From: an uncultured Verrucomicrobiae bacterium
GTDB lineage: Bacteria > Verrucomicrobiota > Verrucomicrobiia > Limisphaerales > Palsa-1400
Assembly (NCBI GenBank): GCA_963707025.1
Contig: CAVPOM010000014.1
Coordinates: 32,001 to 96,000 of the forward strand
DNA: 64,000 nucleotides
Direction of reading: 5' to 3'
Part shown: positions 41,729 to 51,423 of the stretch, one piece after another
Layout: each line of letters starts with the position of its first letter
Position numbering within the stretch: the first letter of the stretch is position 1
Notes under the pieces: generated by a model
What the model saw: the letters and a program-made list of their open reading frames with translations, nothing else
Databases searched by the model: none
Told to the model about the DNA's origin: nothing
Program-made: the position numbers and the translations under genes

Positions 41729-43101
41729 ATGTCAAAGATTGGGCGATCCATCTTTAGAGGAGTTTTCCTGGCCGTGCTGCTGCTCGCCACGCCGGCGCGC
41801 GCGGCTGACTCCCTCCTTTGGAGCACGAACAAGAACAGCGTGGCCGCTGACATCAAGGACTGGGACCTGCTCAAGCTCCTCAAGAAAATCTCCGCCGCCA
41901 CCGGATGGCGTGTCTTCCTGGAGCCGGGAACCACCGCTAGCATCACCGCCAAGTTCAAGGATGTCTCCGCCGAGGAAGCGTTGAACCGCCTGCTCGGCAA
42001 CGTCAGTTTTGCCAAGGACTCCAGCAACGGCGTGCCCCGGTTGTTGGTCTTTCGCACCGCGGCCGGCGCCGCCACCCAGGCCATCGAACCGTCCGCGCCG
42101 GAGGTGGCCGGGACTACCGCATTCCCAATGAATTGATCGTCCGCCTCAAGCGCAATGCCACCGAATCCATTGACGACATCGCCAAGGCGCTGGGCGCAAA
42201 AGTGGTCGGGCGCGATGACCGTCTCAAACTCTATCGCTTGCAATTCGCCGACGCCGACGCCGCCGACGCCGCCGCCACTCAACTCGGTGCCGACAGCTCG
42301 GTGGGCACGATAGATAACAACTATGTGGTGGAGCGTCCCATCCCGGTGCAAAGCAATCCTCTGACCGGCGTGGTGGGAACAACGGTCGGCGCGGCCAGCG
42401 CGACGCCAGCCCTTAAGGTTAGTCCTCCGGTCAATGGCGTGGTCATCGGCCTGATAGACACCGCCGTGCAAATGCAGACCGGCTTCAACCAGTACTCCCT
42501 GCCTCCGATCTCTGTCGTTGGCCAGCCCAACGAACCGGCCGATCAAATCTCCCACGGAACCAGCATGTTCGAAACCCTGCTGCAAGGCATGGCCAACGAC
42601 CCCAGTAAAATTCTCCCCGTGGATGTCTATCCCGCAGGCAACAGCACCACCACCTACGAAGTCCTCGAAGGCGCCGTCGCGGCCATCAATTCCGGCGCCA
42701 ACGTCATCAACCTCAGTCTGGGCGGCACCGGGGACAGCACCACCTTGCAAAGCTTGATCAACGAAGGGACGCAGAAAGGAGTTCTGTTTGTCGCCGCCTC
42801 CGGCAACACTCCTGGCACCGCGCTCACTTATCCTGCCGCCTATCCCGGCGTGCTGGCCATCACCGCCGCGGATCCCAACGGCCAGCTTGCCTCCTACGCC
42901 AACGACGGCCCGTTCGTCCGGGGCATGGAACCCGGCACGGCCATTGTCTATCTCAACGGCCAGCCCTGGCAAGTCGAAGGCACCTCCACCGCCACCGCCT
43001 TCGCCACCGCCGCCATCGCCCAAATCATCAACGAGCAGCACGTCACCGTCAACCAAGCCGTCACCCAGTTCATTCAAGCCCACCCACCGCCCCGCCAATA
43101 A
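41729..43101 (+). CDS. S8 subtilase with an N-terminal STN-like domain; frameshift near 42120
   Basis: IGLIDT, SHGTSM, INLSLG, AASGN, YPAAY, EGTS; the N-terminus LLKLLKKISAATGW...ITAKFKDVSAEEALNRLL resembles STN. Confidence 0.75.
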
Positions 43102-43419
43102 TTACAAATCCGCAATGGGCAATCCGCAATGGGTGAAGGAATCAGACAGGGCCTGTTTGGCGGGATGGCCGGGACGGACTTCCGGCGTAAAATCAGGTTC
43201 AAGGTGTTTAAGATTTCGGATTTCTCGATTGGGAATTGGTCATTGCAGATCTGTTAGTGGTTATCGGAAGACATTGTACAGGACAAATGACCAATTCTCA
43301 ATGACCAGTTTTCAATCGTTTGAATCGCGGCCATGCTGCCCAAGGCAGAAAAGCACCCAAAGAATCGCAATGCGCCATAGCACACCTTTGCCTGGGGCGA
43401 TGCGGCTTCGGACGGCGGC

Positions 43420-43902
43420 TCAGGCACAGGAACTTTCATGGCTGGCCTCAAACGGGTCGGCCACCACTGATTCCTGGTCCCCGGAAAACAGGTGGTCCAG
43501 CGTGGATTTCAGTTGGCCGCGCAGATCCCCGGACTTTGCCACGAATCCATCGGCGCCAGCGTCTTTGGCTTGGGACCGGCAGGCCAAAGTGTCCTCCGAA
43601 GTCACCATCACGATCACCGGCGCAGAACCATTTTGCCGGCTGGACCGCTTGATCAATCGGGTTGCCTGGAGTCCGTCCACGAAAGGCATGTCGAAATCCA
43701 TCAGAACCAGGTCTGGCCTGAGATTGGCCACAGCCTGGAGCGCCTGACGTCCATCGGCGGCGGTTCCGGCTACTTCAAAACCACTCTCTTCTATAAGAAC
43801 GGCTAGAAATGCGCGCATGAATTGTGAGTCATCCACCAGCAGCGTGCGAACACGCCGGCGGCTTTGATGGCCTGGCTGTGGGGTCAGATTGGGTGAGTTC
43901 AT
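43420..43902 (-). CDS. Stand-alone response regulator receiver protein
   Basis: LLVDDS...PDLVLMDFDMP.VDG...MVTS...GADGFVAK; start M at 43902. Confidence 0.88.
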   Translation of the reverse strand: MNSPNLTPQPGHQSRRRVRTLLVDDSQFMRAFLAVLIEESGFEVAGTAADGRQALQAVANLRPDLVLMDFDMPFVDGLQATRLIKRSSRQNGSAPVIVMVTSEDTLACRSQAKDAGADGFVAKSGDLRGQLKSTLDHLFSGDQESVVADPFEASHESSCA

Positions 43903-43924
43903 GGATGAGCAAGCCGAGCTGTTC

Positions 43925-44887
43925 TTACCGATGCCCGCCCCCGCCACCGTGGAATCCGCCACCGCTTCCACCGCTGTGGAACCCGCCGGCGCTTCCGCCG
44001 CTGTGGAACCCGCCGGCGCTTCCGCCGCTGTGGAACCCGCCGACGCTTCCGCCGCTGTGGAACCCGCCGGCGCTTCCGCCGCTGTGGAACCCGCCGACGC
44101 CTCCGCCGCTGTGGAACCCGCCTCCGCCTCCGCCGCTGTGGAACCCGCCTCCGCCTCCGCCGCTGTGGAACCCGCCGACACCTCCGCCGCTGTGGAACCC
44201 GCCGACACCTCCGCCGCCGTGGAATCCGCCGACACCTCCGCCGCCGTGGAATCCGCCGACACCTCCACGAACCCCACCGTACCCACCATACCAACCTCCC
44301 CAACCGCCGCCGACCACCAGCGGCCAACCATAGTAAGGCGCGCCAGCGTCATAGTAGTCCGGGTACCCGTAATCATAATATGGATAATCCGAACCACCAA
44401 TCACCGTGACGTCAGGAGCCGGCGTCGTGGGCAGCACAATCTGCGCTGACGGTTGGGCCGCCACAGCGTTATCCGGCGCCGCCGTGGCCGCCGGCATTTG
44501 CTGCGGCTGGTATTGCTGCGGCATGGCCTGTTGCTGCTGCATCTGGCCCTCGCGCTGGACCATGGCGTTGATAACCTCCTGCGGGACGCCTAAAGTCTGC
44601 AGATACAGGATTCCATCGGCGCTCAGATGAAATGACTGCGGGGAGTTGTTGATATAACTGAGGATCACATCCGTGCTGATGCCGCCTCGATACAACTTCA
44701 TCACTTCGCTCACGCCATAGGGCAAGGCAGGGGCCTGGGCGGCCCCGGCTGCGGGCGGCTCAGTGGTGCTGTAACTCGCGGTGGAACTGTTTTGGGTGCT
44801 GGCGGCACTCCAGGGAACGCCGAAGCAAACCGCTGCCGCCGTGATAGCGGCCAGCGCCATCGGAAATACTGAGGAACGATTTTTCAT
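43925..44887 (-). CDS. Secreted protein with a small helical domain and Gly/His-rich tail
   Basis: Signal peptide; VSEVMKL...ISTDVILSYI...LSADGILYL...GVPQEVI domain; Tyr-rich segment; GGFH repeats. Confidence 0.8.
   Translation of the reverse strand: MKNRSSVFPMALAAITAAAVCFGVPWSAASTQNSSTASYSTTEPPAAGAAQAPALPYGVSEVMKLYRGGISTDVILSYINNSPQSFHLSADGILYLQTLGVPQEVINAMVQREGQMQQQQAMPQQYQPQQMPAATAAPDNAVAAQPSAQIVLPTTPAPDVTVIGGSDYPYYDYGYPDYYDAGAPYYGWPLVVGGGWGGWYGGYGGVRGGVGGFHGGGGVGGFHGGGGVGGFHSGGGVGGFHSGGGGGGFHSGGGGGGFHSGGGVGGFHSGGSAGGFHSGGSVGGFHSGGSAGGFHSGGSAGGFHSGGSGGGFHGGGGGHR
43934..44257. repeat. 27-bp coding tandem repeat, 12 copies (GGFH[SG]GG[SG]x)
   Basis: Unit gccgctgtggaacccgccggcgcttcc and variants. 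Confidence 0.95.
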
Positions 44888-45239
44888 TTTTCGACTCCAA
44901 TCCTGGGGGTGTGGCTCATTAGTTGATCATTCTGACCTGGAAACAACGTACGCCGCGGACCTTTGGGCAAGCTCTGCCTGGCCTCGGGCAAGGGGTTGCG
45001 GTGAGATCTCATCCTGCCTTGAAGATGAGTTAATCCGACACGAAGGCGCAATTGGGAGGCTCCCCCAGAAGCCATCCACTCCCTCACGTCGGACATGAAA
45101 TACGTCATACTATTATTGACGACACGCACATTAACGGCGGATGAATTTTAGATTAAAAGAGGCTTCTGCAAAACGCGCGCCCACGATATCAGTTGCCTAA
45201 ATGTCTGTGTTGCAAAAGCGCAAAAGTGCGGGCTGGCGC

Positions 45240-45694
45240 GAATGGCGCTTAGATAAGGAATTCGGGTTCTTCGCTGTTTTCGATGGATTTCTTCCGCCAG
45301 GACAACCGCTGGAAGTAGTGCAGGGTGCGCTCGCGAGCATTGCTCCGTTACAGGCGTTACATCGTTACACCTGTTGCACTACAAGCACTTACGCATTTTA
45401 GAGCCGTTACACCCCCGTTACATGCCGTTACATCTTCGGAGGCGTTAAAACGCCCATGCTTTGCACAGTATTATCGGTAACCCCTTGCAGCGCTGCCGTT
45501 TCCATGTTGACGGCCATGCGGCGCTCGTGCTGTTCGGCCGCCAGTTCAGCCCTCACCTCACCTCCATGCCCTCGCCCACCATCACGGCCAGGACCATCAG
45601 CGGCTCGAAGGTGTGGCTCGCCCTTTTGGTTATTTCCGAGCACTCATAGAACACGTTGATTTGCAATGCTTTACGCCTTATCTAAGCGCCATTC
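45240..45694. mobile_element. 455-bp non-autonomous element with perfect 19-bp terminal inverted repeats (IS4-like)
   Basis: gaatggcgcttagataagg (45240-45258) and ccttatctaagcgccattc (45676-45694); no transposase; no target duplication seen. Confidence 0.7.
45346..45432 (+). repeat. Six CGTTACA direct repeats in two clusters of three
   Basis: Copies start at 45346, 45355, 45363, 45405, 45416 and 45426. Confidence 0.9.
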
Positions 45695-45729
45695 CGGTGT
45701 GACGCTTGCCTTGACACTTGCCTGGTTAC

Positions 45730-45913
45730 GTAACTGTTCAGGTCTCAAGGGCCGTCAGTGGTGCTCCCTTCCCTCCCTCATCCCCTTATCCCCTTATCCC
45801 CTTATCCCTTTATCCCATTGTCCCTTTATCCCATTGTCCCTTTATCCCTTTTATGCCCTCATCCCTATTGTCCCTTCATTCCTGCCGACGGCCCATGAGA
45901 CCTAAACAGTTAC
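45730..45913. mobile_element. 184-bp MITE-like element: 27-bp inverted repeats around an 8-mer satellite
   Basis: gtaactgttcaggtctcaagggccgtc and gacggcccatgagacctaaacagttac (25/27 complementary) flank tcccctta-type repeats. Confidence 0.65.
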
Positions 45914-46177
45914 TCAATTCTCTCGGACACTCGCACTCCTGGGCGACAAGTTGTGCAGGCTCCCGCAGCAGATGTTGTCTTCAAAGGATAGCCAGTGCTT
46001 GCGCCCGGTAAAATCCCAACCCACTGCCGCCGCTTGGACGTGTTTGTCCGGGCTGTCCAAGCGTTGGGTTGTAGTCATGAAGCCAACTCTCGCACAAAGC
46101 GGGCCGGAGGGATATAGCCTCAAAGGGTGAGATGAGGCAGATTTTGAGGCTACTCCAAGGAAGGCCGGGATGGCTGG

Positions 46178-46834
46178 CTAGAGCTTGGCAATGCCTGCCT
46201 TGATGGCGTAATGGACCAGGTCGGCCTGCTTGTGGATGTTCAATTTGGCCATCACTTGGCTGCGGTGGGCGTGGACGGTGTTGACGGACAGGTTGAGCAG
46301 GGCGGCGATTTCCTTGTTGCTGAGCCCTTCGGCGATGAGTTGCAGCACGATCCTCTCATGGGGGGTGAGCGCAACGCCAGCCTCACCACGCTTGCGCAAC
46401 CCCTTTTTCCCCAACAGCTTCTCCTCAACGAGGAAATGGGCGATCGCCGGACAGAGATAGATGCGTCCGGCGTGGACTTGAGTCACGGCGTCCACCACGT
46501 TTCGTGTCGCCGTCTCCTTGGTCAGGAATCCCCGCGCCCCGGCCGACAATGACTCCTCCACCATTGGTTTCGTGTCGTGCAGGCTCAGCATGATGATCTT
46601 GGCGCTCGGAAACCTCCTGAGCAGTTCTCTGGTGGCTGCGATCCCATTCAATCTGGGCATGGTAATATCCAGGATGAATACATCGGGCGGTTTGGTCCGC
46701 GCCATCTCCAGGACTTCCATGCCGTCGGAAGCCTCGCCGACGATGACGATGTTCTTTCCGCTCCGTTCAATGGCCAGGCGCAGCCCGTCCCGGACCACCG
46801 GATGATCATCGGCGATGAGGACGCGGATGCTCAT
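46178..46834 (-). CDS. NarL/LuxR-family response regulator
   Basis: VLIADDHPVVRDG, LDITMP, LT..ER.VLQLIAEGLSNKEIA...TV..HR HTH; ATGA overlap with the kinase stop. Confidence 0.93.
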   Translation of the reverse strand: MSIRVLIADDHPVVRDGLRLAIERSGKNIVIVGEASDGMEVLEMARTKPPDVFILDITMPRLNGIAATRELLRRFPSAKIIMLSLHDTKPMVEESLSAGARGFLTKETATRNVVDAVTQVHAGRIYLCPAIAHFLVEEKLLGKKGLRKRGEAGVALTPHERIVLQLIAEGLSNKEIAALLNLSVNTVHAHRSQVMAKLNIHKQADLVHYAIKAGIAKL

Positions 46835-49245
46835 GCGCGGCGGCCTTTCTGCCGCCGCGAGTGTCGGACGGCGGAACCGAGGTTCTTGCGGCGCCGCTTG
46901 GTCCGCCACAGTTTTGGCGACAGCGGCAGCGGAGCAGCGGCAAGTGCGGTCGCAATGGGCAGGCTCAGGCGCACCGTGGTTCCCTTGCCTCGCGCGGAGT
47001 CAACGGTGAAAGCGCCTCCGGCGGAAGCGGCCATTCCCCGCATGACGCGGAGGCCCAACTGTGTCGTGGCCCGCGTCCTTTGTGCAGCCAGATCGAATCC
47101 CTTTCCATTATCACGAATATTCAGAATGATTTCTTTTCTCGAGGACCTGAGGTCCACACTCACTTGCTTGGCGTGACCATGCGTGATGGCATTGGTCAGC
47201 GCCTCCTGTGCAGCCCGGAACAGGATCGTGGCGGCCTGTGCCGACACCCGGTTTCCCCTCAGCGTCTCACTGAAACGAATTCGAATGCCCTTTTGCTTTG
47301 TAATCTGAGAGAAATGTTGCCGCAGCGCAGCGCGCAGCCCAAGGGTATCCAGTTCGGGCGGTCGAAGTTCAACAGCCAGCCTTTTCATGCGGGACACCGA
47401 CTTGTCGAACAGCTTCCGGGTGCGCTTCATCCACCGGATCGCTTTCCCGGGGTTCCCGGAGCGCAGGTCGCTTTCGATCGCGTCAAGGTAGGCGGAAATC
47501 CCCACCGCCAGCGAACCCACATCGTGGTGCAATGCTGAGGACACCTGCCTCTTCTGCTCCTCTCGCGCCGCGACGATTTCTTGCGAGAGCATCTGCATCC
47601 TCCTCTCCGCCTGCTTCAGCTCGGTGATATCCTCGAACACCCCGATGAAGTGTTGTTTCTTCGGGCAATATGCGGAGACGTAAAACCACTTGTTCGATTT
47701 GGCGGAGTAAAGTTCAAACCGCTCCGGTTGGCCGGTCATGGCCACCCGGCCATACCTCTTAAACATTTCTGGATCCATCTCGCAGCGGCCCGGCACGACT
47801 TCGGAAGCCTTGCGTCCGGTGACATGCCTTAGCCCGGTCAATTTTTCGAAGGCTTGATTTACCTCAAGGTAAATGTAGTCCTGCGGCTGCCCGTCGTGGA
47901 ACAGCATCCGGCAATAGGCAAAACCTTCCATCATGTTCTCGAAGAGCGAGCGGTAGCGCAGTTCGCTTTCCTTGAGCGCCTCCTCCGCCCGTTGACGATC
48001 ACTGAGATCCCGAATAATCGCGGAAGCCCCCACAATTTTCCCCGAGGCATCCCGCACCGGTGAAATGGTGAGCGAAACTGGCAGCGGCGTTCCGTCCTTC
48101 TTGAGCCGGGTGGTCTCACAGTGCTGGATGTGCTCCCCTCTCCGCAGCTTTTCCAAAATGGCAGTTTCCTCTGCCTTGCGGTTTTCAGGGAAGAGCAGGG
48201 TAATGTTTTGGCCGATGACTTCTTTGGCACGATAGCCAAAGCAGCGCTCGGCTGTCCGATTCCAAGTGCGGATTCTCCCGTCGAGGCCTCTGCTGATAAT
48301 CGCATCTCCGGAAGACTCGACAATGGCCGCCAACTGCTGGAGTTTCACCTCGGCCTGCTTGCGCTCGGTAACATCTTGAGCAGTCCCGATGAGGCCCGTC
48401 AACTGGCCCGCCTCATCGCGCAGCGGGCGGCCGATCTCCTTGATGAATTTCACCTCGCCGCCCGGGGTCGCGATGCGGTATTCGATGTCGAACGGTTTTC
48501 CGTCTGCGCGAGCTTGCTCTCCGACCTGCAACACACGGGACCGATCCTCGGGGTGGACACAGGCTACAAAGGCTTCATGCGTGCCGCTGAACTCCGACTT
48601 GGTCAAACCAAAGATACGGTAGAGTTCGTTGGACCAGGTTATTTCGTTGGTGCGAGTGTCGAGGCGCCAACTCCCCATTCTCGCCACCCGCTGCGCCTCT
48701 TCCAGGTCAGTTTCCTTCTTGAGCAACGCCTGCTCCATCTGCTTGCGCTCCGTGATGTCCTCGGTCAGACCGGCAATGCGATAGAGTTGGCCACGCTTAT
48801 CCCACACCGAATAGCCCCGGGCCAGAATCCAACGAATCGCCCCGTCGGGACGCACAATCCGGTATTCGCGAGTGAACCGTTCCCCGCGGTCACGCGCCAC
48901 TTCCGCCTCAATCCGGGGCCGGTCCTCGGGATGGATTGCCTCCAGCCAGCTCCTCGGATTGCGCAAGAGACTCTCACAACTGCGACCGAAGATATGTTCA
49001 TAACTGGGGCTGAGGTAAAACACCTGCCGCTGGTCCGCCGACGCCAGCCAGAACACCTGGTGGATGTTCTCCGTCAGTTCTCGGAGAAGCGCTTCCTGCC
49101 CCCATAGATCCTGCTCCAACTTCGCCCTCGCAACAGTTTGCCCCTGCGGGTTTTCGGCGTCCGCGGTCCGCGCTTCCCTTCGCTGCCGGTCTGGTGATCC
49201 CGGCCCTTCAACATGCGCCTGCGCTTCCGCTTTGGATTTATTCAT
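46831..49245 (-). CDS. Cytoplasmic multi-PAS sensor histidine kinase (HisKA_3 type)
   Basis: Four PAS/PAC units, QEALTNA, DNGKGF, GL..MR, GKGTTV. Confidence 0.92.
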   Translation of the reverse strand: MNKSKAEAQAHVEGPGSPDRQRREARTADAENPQGQTVARAKLEQDLWGQEALLRELTENIHQVFWLASADQRQVFYLSPSYEHIFGRSCESLLRNPRSWLEAIHPEDRPRIEAEVARDRGERFTREYRIVRPDGAIRWILARGYSVWDKRGQLYRIAGLTEDITERKQMEQALLKKETDLEEAQRVARMGSWRLDTRTNEITWSNELYRIFGLTKSEFSGTHEAFVACVHPEDRSRVLQVGEQARADGKPFDIEYRIATPGGEVKFIKEIGRPLRDEAGQLTGLIGTAQDVTERKQAEVKLQQLAAIVESSGDAIISRGLDGRIRTWNRTAERCFGYRAKEVIGQNITLLFPENRKAEETAILEKLRRGEHIQHCETTRLKKDGTPLPVSLTISPVRDASGKIVGASAIIRDLSDRQRAEEALKESELRYRSLFENMMEGFAYCRMLFHDGQPQDYIYLEVNQAFEKLTGLRHVTGRKASEVVPGRCEMDPEMFKRYGRVAMTGQPERFELYSAKSNKWFYVSAYCPKKQHFIGVFEDITELKQAERRMQMLSQEIVAAREEQKRQVSSALHHDVGSLAVGISAYLDAIESDLRSGNPGKAIRWMKRTRKLFDKSVSRMKRLAVELRPPELDTLGLRAALRQHFSQITKQKGIRIRFSETLRGNRVSAQAATILFRAAQEALTNAITHGHAKQVSVDLRSSRKEIILNIRDNGKGFDLAAQRTRATTQLGLRVMRGMAASAGGAFTVDSARGKGTTVRLSLPIATALAAAPLPLSPKLWRTKRRRKNLGSAVRHSRRQKGRRA

Positions 49246-49492
49246 CAGCAACCCCGCCTCGATCCTAACATGAAAAGCCCTTATTCTCAAGATTAATCGA
49301 ATCAAACTCGGAACAACGGCGCGGGACAGAGTTTTTCAAAGGCAGGGGTGTTGCGCTGCGCCGCCCGGGATCCCGATTCCGAATCGGGACGCCGTCCCTA
49401 CCCAAGAAAATGAGGAATCTTGTCCTGCTCCCTCGGAAAAATCCCTCCCATTTATCATTTTGCATTTGTCATTTTTCATTTATCCTGACGCG

Positions 49493-50317
49493 GTGTCCTG
49501 GCACGATGCCCGAACTTACTTTTTGATCGCCGTCATCATCTACGGCTGCAGCACCGTGTACTCCATTTTCCTGTGGCGCAAGGGCTTCCGGCGCCACGAC
49601 CATGTCAATTACATCCTGTTGCTGGCCGGGATTCTCTTCCACACCCGCGCCATGATGATGCGCGGGCTGAGCCTGCAACGCTGCCCCGTCAACAACCTCT
49701 ACGAAGCCATGACCTTCGTCGCCTGGACCATTGCGGCGGCTTACCTGGTCTTCGGCCTGTTTCCCCGGCTGCGCCACTTCGGCGCCTTTGTCGCGCCCAT
49801 CGTTTTCGGCATCGGCGTCTTCGCCCTGATGCCGCCCCTGGATGCTCCCTACGTGGACAAGCCGCAATTCAGCGGCGGCTTGCTCAGCCTGCACGCCGCC
49901 CTGTCCCTGCTTTCCTACGGCGCCTTCGGCTTGAGTTCCGTGGCGGCCCTGATGTATCTGACCTTGGAACACGACCTGAAATTCCACAAACTGCGGGCGC
50001 TGCTGGCGCTGTTGCCGCCCATTGACCGCCTGGAAAAAATCACCAGCCGCCTGCTCTGGGCCGGCTTCATCCTGCTCACCGCCGGTCTGGCCTTCATCCC
50101 ATTCCTCCTCAAGGAACACCCGGAAGCCAACCTGGCCTTCGACCCCAAAGTGCCCTGGTCGGCCTTGGTTTGGCTGCTCTATTTGGGCTTGATTGTCCTG
50201 CACAGCCGCTTTGCCCAGACCGGGCGCCGCTTCGCTTGGGGCGCCATCGGCGCCTTCACCTTTGTCCTATTGACCTTCTGGGGCGTGAACCTGTTATCGC
50301 CCACTCATAAATTTTAA
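49493..50317 (+). CDS. CcsA/HemX-like membrane protein
   Basis: About 8 TM helices, CPVNNLYE, LHAALSLLSYGAF, DPK; likely GTG start at 49493. Confidence 0.8.
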   Translation: MSWHDARTYFLIAVIIYGCSTVYSIFLWRKGFRRHDHVNYILLLAGILFHTRAMMMRGLSLQRCPVNNLYEAMTFVAWTIAAAYLVFGLFPRLRHFGAFVAPIVFGIGVFALMPPLDAPYVDKPQFSGGLLSLHAALSLLSYGAFGLSSVAALMYLTLEHDLKFHKLRALLALLPPIDRLEKITSRLLWAGFILLTAGLAFIPFLLKEHPEANLAFDPKVPWSALVWLLYLGLIVLHSRFAQTGRRFAWGAIGAFTFVLLTFWGVNLLSPTHKF

Positions 50318-50355
50318 ATTTCACTATTCATAATTCACTATTCACAATTCAAAAA

Positions 50356-51411
50356 ATGCCCTTCATCGTTTTCGGATTAAGCCATCGCTCCTCGCCCGTC
50401 ACCGTGCGGGAGCGGTTTGCCTTTTCCGACGCCGCGCTGCCGCAAGCCCTGGAAAAATTGCGCCGCGACGCGGCGGCCGCCGAAGCGGTCATCCTCTCCA
50501 CCTGCAACCGCGTCGAGATCTACGCCGTGATGGAGCCGCCGGAACAGGAAGCCGCCGCCCTGCTGCGCCGGTTTTTAATGGACTACCACCAGGAGCCGGA
50601 ACCGCTCAGCGACGAAATCTACTGCCACAGCGAGGCCCGCGGCCTGGAACACCTCTTCAAAGTCGCCTGCGGCCTGGATTCCATGGTCCTGGGCGAAACG
50701 GAAATCCTCGGCCAGTTGAAAAAGGCCTACGACACGGCCCTGCAGCACCGGCACACGGGCGGCCGTTTGAACAAGATTTTCCAAAAGGCCTTCAACGTCG
50801 CCAAACAAATCCGCACGGAAACCAACATCCAGCGCGGCAGCGTTTCCGTCGGCTCGGTGGCGGTGGAATTGGCCGAAAAGATTTTCACTTCCCTGCGCGA
50901 CCACCCCGTCTTGATCATCGGCGCGGGGGAGACCAGCGAAAAGACGGCGCGCGCCCTGCTCAGCCGCGGCGCGCACAGCATCCTGGTTTCCAACCGTTCC
51001 CACGAACGGGCGGCGGCGCTGGCCGAAGCCTTGGGCGGGCGGGCCATCCATTTTGAGGACTGGCCGGCGGAGTTTGCCGGCATAGACATTGTCATCAGCA
51101 GCACCGCCGCGCCGCACTACATCCTGCACCGCGCCAAGCTGGAACCGTTGATGAAGGCGCGCAAAAACCGGCCGTTGCTTTTGATTGACATCGCCGTGCC
51201 CCGGGACATTGACCCGGAGATCAAGTTCCTGGAAAATGTTTATCTTTACAACATTGATGACCTGCAGGAAATCGCCGGCGATTACCTCCGGCAACGCCAG
51301 GACGAAATCGCCCGTTGCGAAGCCGTCATCCGGGACAAGGCGCGGGCGCTGCTCCTCCCGGCCCCCGCCCGGTTTTTGGCCGGTTCCAAACTGGCCGCCG
51401 CCAACCACTAA
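50356..51411 (+). CDS. hemA: Glutamyl-tRNA reductase
   Basis: LSTCNRVEIY, GLDSMVLGETEILGQ, IGAGE, DIAVPRDID. Confidence 0.96.
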   Translation: MPFIVFGLSHRSSPVTVRERFAFSDAALPQALEKLRRDAAAAEAVILSTCNRVEIYAVMEPPEQEAAALLRRFLMDYHQEPEPLSDEIYCHSEARGLEHLFKVACGLDSMVLGETEILGQLKKAYDTALQHRHTGGRLNKIFQKAFNVAKQIRTETNIQRGSVSVGSVAVELAEKIFTSLRDHPVLIIGAGETSEKTARALLSRGAHSILVSNRSHERAAALAEALGGRAIHFEDWPAEFAGIDIVISSTAAPHYILHRAKLEPLMKARKNRPLLLIDIAVPRDIDPEIKFLENVYLYNIDDLQEIAGDYLRQRQDEIARCEAVIRDKARALLLPAPARFLAGSKLAAANH

Positions 51412-51423
51412 TCGCCACCTCCC

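Noticed and set aside
43934..44257. Possible CRISPR array
   Set aside because: Units are contiguous 27-mers with no unique spacers, lie in frame in a gene, and no cas genes are present.
43420..44400. Response regulator fused to STAAE repeats (326 aa)
   Set aside because: The extension is an alternative frame of the Gly-rich gene's repeat; the receiver has its own ATG at 43902.
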